This document shows positions 57,058 through 64,000 of a DNA stretch of 64,000 nucleotides, piece after piece. The notes under the pieces were generated by a model. The model saw only the letters and a list, made by a program, of their open reading frames with translations. It had not been told where the DNA came from and searched no databases. Both the position numbers and the translations under genes were made by a program. This DNA comes from Eledone cirrhosa (Eukaryota). The first letter of the stretch is position 1. Each line of letters opens with the position of its first letter. The stretch lies in the NCBI GenBank assembly GCA_964016885.1, contig OZ024746.1, positions 81,034,001-81,098,000 on the forward strand. Direction: 5' to 3'.

Positions 57058-58701
57058 ACAAATGTGATGGTTTAAGTACTTCCATGGGAAAATAATAAGA
57101 TTGTATTTCCTCCAGAGTTCAGAAATATTTTTCCATTTCACAGCTTTCATATTTCCTTTTCTCTTTTTTTTCCCTTTTTCCTCTCAGTTTCTGAATTGAT
57201 TATAACTATTAATCCCTTACAAGTCTAAGTTGTATTGATATGTCTCCCTATATGAACTAGATTCATCTGAATTCTTGTTAAGGTCTTTTTAGCAGTTAAA
57301 ATATAAAAAAAAAACTGCCATGAAACTTCACCATGTGTAGTAAATACAGCTGATTCGGGTAAAAACACCTTACACCCTGCTACACATATATACGCATACA
57401 CAAATTATATTTATGTGAGTGTGTGAGTGTACACAAAATATATGAAGATGATAGTGATGATGACAGTGATGGTGGGAAAGATGTTTAATCTATGTATGAA
57501 GGAACGGATCCATAACTCCCGATGGAGTTAAAGGGGCACTGTAATGAAATATAACATATCTTGGATACTTTAAACCTGGTAGAACCCATTCACTCTCCAG
57601 TTTTAAACACAGCCGAATTTTTCCAGAAAAGAAGAAGAGAAAGCAAGAGAGAAAGAGAGAGAGAGAGAGATATGGAGGAAGAATCAACTCCATACGAAGC
57701 TGTATATGTTGGCTCAACTTATAGAAGAAGTTTTCAAAATGTTTATTTATTGAACATGCCACATATCTTTAGATATACACATTTCACATACATATTTGTA
57801 TACAGCTATGTCGAAGCTAAATTCTAATATTATTTTGAGCTGAGCCAACTTTTACAGCTCTCTATGCAAATGAGGCTAATCAGCCTATTTACACAGGCAA
57901 AAATATTATATATTTTCACCTGTTTCAAAGTTCAGCAGTAGGAAAAGGGAAGCATTGTCCTGATGAGAGCCATTTCTGGACACTGCTTGGCGGCGGTGAC
58001 TGCCAGTCCACCAAGCTGAGGCTTTCAAAATGTTTATTTATCAAACATATATCTTTAGATATACAAAATTCGCATATATATATATATATATATTAAGCAG
58101 TAGGCTATGATTTGTGAGAGATTTGGCTGCTGTTTTTTGTCAATCAAGCTATTACATAGAGGCGTCAACATTATCCCACAATTACTTATTTTTCAATTAG
58201 GTTAACTGAAACAATTCTAAGTAGAAAACATAATAGCAGTGGTTCTGATTGAATTCACAGCTTTAACTTCTTAGGTTAATAGTGTCATAATTAATGTAAT
58301 GAGGAGTAAAATTTAATTGATTAATAATTGTTTCTACTTTGGGCACAAGGCCAGCAATTTCCCCATTGCATTACTGGTACTTTATTTGAGGAGAAGCAAA
58401 CATTAACTTAATGACAAGTATTAAATGATAAAGCAGTACTCGTTCTTGTCCTCTGTGCCCTGGATTCAAATCTTGTTGAGGGCAGCTTTGCCTGTCAACC
58501 TTTCAGGGTCAACACCAGTCTAGTGCTAGTTATTCCTTCTCTCTCTCTCTTATCTCATCCTCTCTAGAAGAAATAAGATGTGATCAAAACCCAGAAATGA
58601 GTGGGCTTTACCAGGTTTTAAATGTCCCTTGCAACCCCATTTTCATTAGAAGCTGGAAAAAAATATCAAATTAATCTGATTTTGGTAAACATGGGCAACA
58701 A

Positions 58702-58742
58702 TTCTCGACTTATTTCAGTCTTATTAGACCTCCTCAGTAGAA
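58702..58742 (-). ncRNA. Minimal type I hammerhead ribozyme, near intact
   Basis: Minus strand TTCTA-CTGAGGA-GGTCT aata AGACT-GAAA-TAA-GTC-GAGAA; core complete, first stem I pair mismatched. Confidence 0.55.
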
Positions 58743-59282
58743 CATACCTTATCCTTGTATTTCCAGATTAGTGATAATAGAATAACTCCATTGAATTACA
58801 ATAATATACATGAGTGGGCATCTAACATTTTCATTTGGGTAAATATTAATTAATGAAATGATAACATTTCATTACTTAATGAGTAATTATGACTGTAAAA
58901 TATGTTAACTGTTGAAAAACCAGCATGGTTTTAGATGTTTGGCACCTAAACCATAAAAACCTGTTATAAATCTTGTATTTAGATCTTGTTTGTTTCAAGG
59001 TAAAATATCCATATCAATCCTTTTATATTTAAACAGAGCATAGTGTATGTATATATGTGTGTATGTATGTCAATGTGTTTGTATGTGTATGTCAATGTAT
59101 GTGTGTATGTGTGTGTCATTTATGATTGATTGGCTGAAACCTGATTCCCCTCCTCTCCCACCACACACAACTAAAGGTGTGAGGAGGGGGATCCTCAGAT
59201 TATAGTTTGAATGCTTTTAACATTGACCTGCTATTGAATGTGGGCATAAAATTTGCTTCTGTGTGTATGTGTGTGTGTGTGA

Positions 59283-59425
59283 GTTGAATTGGCAGAGCCA
59301 TTAGAGCATAGGACAAAATGCTTTGAGGCATTTGTTTCGATTCTCTGCACACTGAGTTCAAATTCCACCAAGGTTAACTTTTGACATTCATCCTTTAAGG
59401 GTTAATAAAAAATAAACTACCAGTC
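59283..59425 (+). mobile_element. SINE family A-related, old copy
   Basis: GAATTGGCAGA..C.TTAGAGC...GAGTTCAAATTCCACCAAGGTTAACTT...TTCATCCTT. Confidence 0.65.
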
Positions 59426-59591
59426 TAAGGCAGTAGTTTTGGTGGGATTGTTAGATAATTGGACAAAATGCCTTGTGATATTTGCCCTTGACACAACTGT
59501 GTAGTCTTCTCAACCCTTTGTCTGGTATGATTTCTATGGCTGGATGCCCTTCTTATCACCAGCTACTTTACAGAGTGTACTGAATACATGT

Positions 59592-59808
59592 TTAACCCTT
59601 TAGCATTTGCATTACTCTGTATATACTATTGTATTTTCGCAGTAAAGGCTTTACCTCACATAATATGGAATCTATGAGATTTTGATACTATTTATTTTAA
59701 GAACAATACCATAACATCAGTATGAGTGGCTAGTTACAGCCGGTTTGAACAGAAAGAAGTGAGAAAATTCTGGCTGGATATGGTCGGTTTAAATGTTTAA
59801 AGGGTTAA
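59592..59808. mobile_element. piggyBac-like MITE family A
   Basis: TTAACCCTTTAGCATTT ... AAATG.TTAAAGGGTTAA. Confidence 0.8.
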
Positions 59809-60424
59809 AAAAGAAAAAACTGTGAGGCCATCATTTTGAATCTATTTTCCCATTCCTACATGGGTTGGATGATCTTTTCCATTACAGCTTATCTCTACTT
59901 ATTGTGCTCCTTCGTCATCTCCTCTGCAAGGTTTGTGATTTCAAAAAATTTAGCTGCTATTTCTAGCAGATCGAGCAACTGCAAAATGGTTTCCTCTGTT
60001 AATCCATGTATACATGTATATGTGTAGTACATGTGTAGGTGTGTTGGATTTATTAATATGATCTCTATCAACAGCATTAACAAATAAACCACAACAGTTG
60101 CATTATCCTCAATGATTGGGTGGAGGTGATACACAGAGTAGAAGGAAAGGAGAGTGAGGGTTAGCGGGTATTTATAGTATTTCACTGTTACATTTTGGTA
60201 AGGAGATTATTTACATGAAAGGTCATTCATCATCATAAAATTTTATACTCCATAAATTGCTTCCTCTCACTTCCCCTCTCTTGTCTCACCCTTTCTTCTT
60301 TCACACATTCTCTCTCTCTCTCTCTCTCAGCCTTCTCTCTCTCAACCATCTCTCTCTCTCAGCCTTCTCTCTCTCAACCCTCTCTCACTCTCTCAGCCAT
60401 CTCTTTCCCTCAACCATCTCTCTC

Positions 60425-60473
<49 letters not shown>

Positions 60474-60744
60474 CCACACACATCTATACGTATCACTGTA
60501 TATATGCACACATGCACATACACTCTTTCACACCAAATACATAAAACTCTACCAAATGATTGGCTTACTGCAACCAACAGGTGGACTTAGATCTCACAAA
60601 ATCCTCCCCACTGTCTCTCTACAAACACGTTTGCAGCTGTGTAATAAATAAATACACACATTCACAAACATGTGTGTGTGTATATGTTTGTGTGTGTGTG
60701 TGTGTGTTTCCAACCCTCACAAGCATGGATAAGTGGATGTGATA

Positions 60745-61250
60745 TATCATCATCATCATCATCGTTTAACGTCCATCTTCCATGCTTGCATGGGTTTGGA
60801 CGAGAGTTTTTCCACTTGAGGCAAGAGTGGTTGTCCTGCTCGTATAGGACTGTCTGGCGGGTTTTCTACATTTGGATGCCCTTCCTAACACCAACCACGT
60901 TTACAGTGTGGACTGGGAGGTTTTTACCGTGTTACCTACACGGCCACATTACAGCGTGGATTGTGTGTTTTTTTTTGTCGTGACACCTACATGTCTGGCA
61001 GGTTTTCTACGGCTGGGTGCCCTTCCCAACACCAACCACATTTACAGTGTGGACTGGGAGGTTTTTACCGTGTTACCTACACGGCCACATTTCAGCATGG
61101 ACTGTGTGTTTTTTTTTTTGTCGTGACACCTACACGACCTCATTTGTTTCGGACTGGATGTTGTGGTACCAACATAACTTCACATTTAAGGGGGTGGTGA
61201 GGATGGGGTGGGGGTAGTGGGACGGGGTGTATTTTGTTAGAGGTGCCTAC
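60745..61250 (-). mobile_element. RTE 3'UTR fragment with internal ~140 bp tandem duplication
   Basis: Matches 51663-52050; segment TGTCTGGC.GGTTTTCTAC...GTCGTGACACCTACA occurs twice (~60851-60991 and ~60992-61134). Confidence 0.85.
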
Positions 61251-61269
61251 TGATATATATATATATATA

Positions 61270-61405
61270 TGAAACTCACGGAGAAGATGATGAAGGACCG
61301 TGACAAGTGGAGAGATACTGTGCTGAATAAGACCCGTCCCACCCTTGCAAGCAGGGAAAAGCAGACGTAAAATGATGATGATGATGATGATGATGATTGA
61401 TGATG
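61270..61405 (+). mobile_element. RTE LINE extreme 3' end
   Basis: Reverse complement of 18155-18282, (GAT)n tail. Confidence 0.85.
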
Positions 61406-61423
61406 TATATATATATATATATA

Positions 61424-61524
61424 TACAGGGTGTCCCCCAAAGAATGTATAGACACTTTGATTACCTGTACAGGCAATATTGAATGATGTTGAAGTGTGTA
61501 TACATTTTTGGGGGACACCCTGTA
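61424..61524. mobile_element. Tc1/mariner-type mini-MITE
   Basis: TA-CAGGGTGTCCCCCAAAGAATGTATA ... TATACATTTTTGGGGGACACCCTG-TA. Confidence 0.85.
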
Positions 61525-61787
61525 TATGGCTAGAAAGAAATGAAGTGAGCATACTCCAGTGGATGTGTAAAGTTGGTGTGTATGACTGAAGTAACATATG
61601 TAAGCTGAGAGAAAATACACAAATACACACACACGTGTGTGTATTTATTTATATATATCTGTGTGTATGAGTGTATATATATATATATATATAAACATAT
61701 AATCTTGGTGTATATATATATATATATATGTAAATATTTATATATATATAAATATATATATATGTATATAAATATATATATATATGT

Positions 61788-61819
<32 letters not shown>

Positions 61820-62103
61820 GTGTGTGTGTATGTACATACACACACATGCACACACACACACAGATATCCGCACACATGGATCAATAACACACTGTATTGG
61901 CCACCCACTCATGGCTCTCATTTACTTAAATAAACCATTAATATCCATCTTCTCTTTAGTTGCAACTTCCTCCTAATTACAAAATCACACTCTCACTCAC
62001 ACACACACTCACACATCTCTCTCACTCTTGCTCAGTCACACACAAGCATGCATATAGTCCTCTCTATCTCTCTTTCTTGCTCATACACATGGATGTCCCC
62101 CTG

Positions 62104-62140
<37 letters not shown>

Positions 62141-62265
62141 CACAGACACAGATTCTCATCTAGTTTTGTGAATACAGTTACATTGAATCAAATGTAGTTT
62201 TGCTCGCAATTTACTATCCTAGATAAAAGTATTAGAGCATAGGACAAAATGCAGCAGCAAGTGTA

Positions 62266-62476
62266 CTAACCCTTTAGCATTTAAACCGGCCGTATCCGGT
62301 CAGAATCCTCTCACCTCTTTCTGTTCAAACCAGCCATACCTAGCCACTCATACCAATGTTAAGGTATTGTTCTCAAAATAAATAATATCAAAATCTCATA
62401 GATTCGATATTATGTGAGATATTATGTGAGATAAAGCCTTTACTGTGAAAATACTATAGATAAAGTGAGAGGTTAG
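62266..62476. mobile_element. piggyBac-like MITE family A, one end decayed
   Basis: TAACCCTTTAGCATTTAAACCGGCC start; body is the reverse complement of 59592-59808. Confidence 0.75.
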
Positions 62477-62761
62477 CTTTGTGGGTCCCATGATAGACTT
62501 CAAACTCACCATGGGTTCTTTTTGAAGTAATGTTTTATAGTGGATGCCATTCCTGGCAGCAACCCTTTTAGTCACTCCTTATGACATGCAGGAATATTGT
62601 ATATTTATTATAAATCAGATATATACAGCATTGAACCAAATGTTCTGCAGTATTTCTTCCAGCTCATTCTGAGCAGGCTCTAGTTGGGGTGAGAAACTAG
62701 CTGTGTTGGAGCTCTTTCCAAACACCAGTTGAATATATCAATAAATGACAAGCTTAGGTAA

Positions 62762-63062
62762 TAATTGCTTCTACTTTTGGCACAAGGCCAGCAATTATCC
62801 CAGTGTATTACTGGTACTTTATTTTATTGACCCCGTAAGGATGAAAGGCAAAGTTAACCTCGGCAGGATTTGAACTCAGACCATAAAAGGCCATAACTCT
62901 TTGCTGCAAAGCATAGGTAATAATTAACCAATAATTGTTTCTATGTTAGGCACAAGGCCAGCAATTACTCAGTGTGTTACTGGTACTTTATTTTATCGAC
63001 CCCGTAAGGATGAAAGGCAAAGTTAACCTCGGCGGGATTTGAACTCAGAATGGCAAGGGCCA
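62762..63062 (-). mobile_element. Two adjacent 5'-truncated SINE A insertions, each with its own TSD
   Basis: TSD1 TAGGTAATAATT (62755-62766, 62914-62925); TSD2 ATTAACCAATAAT (62923-62935, 63062-63074). Confidence 0.88.
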
Positions 63063-63356
63063 TTAACCAATAATATCTGGGGTTGCTGCTTCTCACAGGT
63101 CAATAGTGGCTATTGAGGTTTACAACCTCATTCAACCTTAAAGTACAAGTTAAGAAGATTCATTTGACACTTGAATATATTTTACTTGTTAAATGGTTAT
63201 GTGAAATGAACTATTATATTGACAATAATTTGTATAATGCTGCCATCTGTCTACTTTCCTATCTACCCATCTCTACGTCAATCCATTTGGCTATCTTTCT
63301 GTCTGTCCGTGTGTCTATCTATTTACTTACATATCGATCTATCTATCTAGCTACTT

Positions 63357-63725
63357 AGGAAAAGAGTCAGGACCCCGATGGCTGAGCTCCAGCCGTTTCG
63401 ACAGCTAAATCCGAACTAAACCAGTAGTATTAGGACGGCAGGGACCTAGCTGAACTTATTAAGGGGTACAGTCCATATATGGGCATGCAATCAAGACAGA
63501 ACTAGACATATCAAATCAAACAATCCTAAAAATTGTTGTTTTTCTTGTCTGTCACGAGGAGTGGTCAATGATTTTGGCGTCATGTACATGGCTAAATATA
63601 CATGATGGTCGAAACGGCTGGAGCTCAGCCGTCGAGGTCCTGACTCTTTTCCTATTACCCACTCTACTACCCTAAGTATCTAGTACTGTGGTGCGTTATG
63701 GTCCATCTGGTTCCTTACCACACTT
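63357..63725. mobile_element. Hammerhead-containing repeat in inverted arrangement (Penelope pLTR-like), flanked by (TCTA)n
   Basis: ~46 bp inverted arms at 63357-63402 and 63608-63653; minus copy HHR 63372-63467; plus half-HHR GTC-GAAAC-GGCTG gagct CAGCC-GTC at 63608-63638; homologous to 15600-15860. Confidence 0.7.
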
Positions 63726-64000
63726 TCTTTGTTATCTATCTATCTAACTATCTATCTATTTATCTATCTTTCTGTCTGCCTACCTGTCTGTCTATATTCC
63801 CATCTCTCTATGTATCCAACTATGTCTGTATATCTGTCTATTTGTCTGACTGTCTATCTGTTTGTCTGTCTGTCTATCTATGGAGTTTGTTAGCTCATCC
63901 ACCTGTCTATTTAAATGGGGTGTTAGTCAGGGGTGGGAGCTAAATACACCTCTATGTCTCTGACTGTTTACCCAGTCATCTTGTTTGACTATTTGGTAAA

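Noticed and set aside
57561-57827. ORF with YVGST resembling a GIY-YIG motif
   Set aside because: The motif coincides with an inverted-repeat arm, the ORF includes (GA)n, and the other GIY-YIG residues are not evident.
57958-58000. CTGATGAG hammerhead-like core
   Set aside because: No properly placed stem II plus GAAA downstream.

Overview
AT-rich, repeat-dense eukaryotic (animal) genomic DNA. The repeat landscape (tRNA-derived SINE families, RTE/CR1/R4-Dong/CRE LINE relics, very abundant TA/CA/ATC microsatellites) resembles octopus/coleoid cephalopod DNA; this assignment is an inference from recalled repeat families. Most of the window looks intronic or intergenic. The only well-supported host coding sequence is one large + strand exon (acceptor at 40838/40839, ATG at 40915, phase-1 donor after 42589) encoding a Ser-rich, low-complexity protein N-terminus I cannot name. 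The rest is fragmented LINEs, three or more SINE families (several young copies with clear TSDs), piggyBac-, pogo- and mariner-type MITEs, minisatellites, a ~8 kb (TA)n-dominated block with a 200-N gap, and several inverted repeats. The most notable signal is a set of type I hammerhead-ribozyme motifs. One is fully intact (28273-28327, minus), one nearly so (58702-58742), one family has a long stem III (15671, 63372, 63608), and several are decayed. Many lie in short non-coding islands within microsatellites or in inverted arrangements, as expected for Penelope-like pLTR or retrozyme-type elements. Almost all short ORFs in the track are microsatellite artefacts. Repeat boundaries are approximate unless TSDs or TIRs are quoted.
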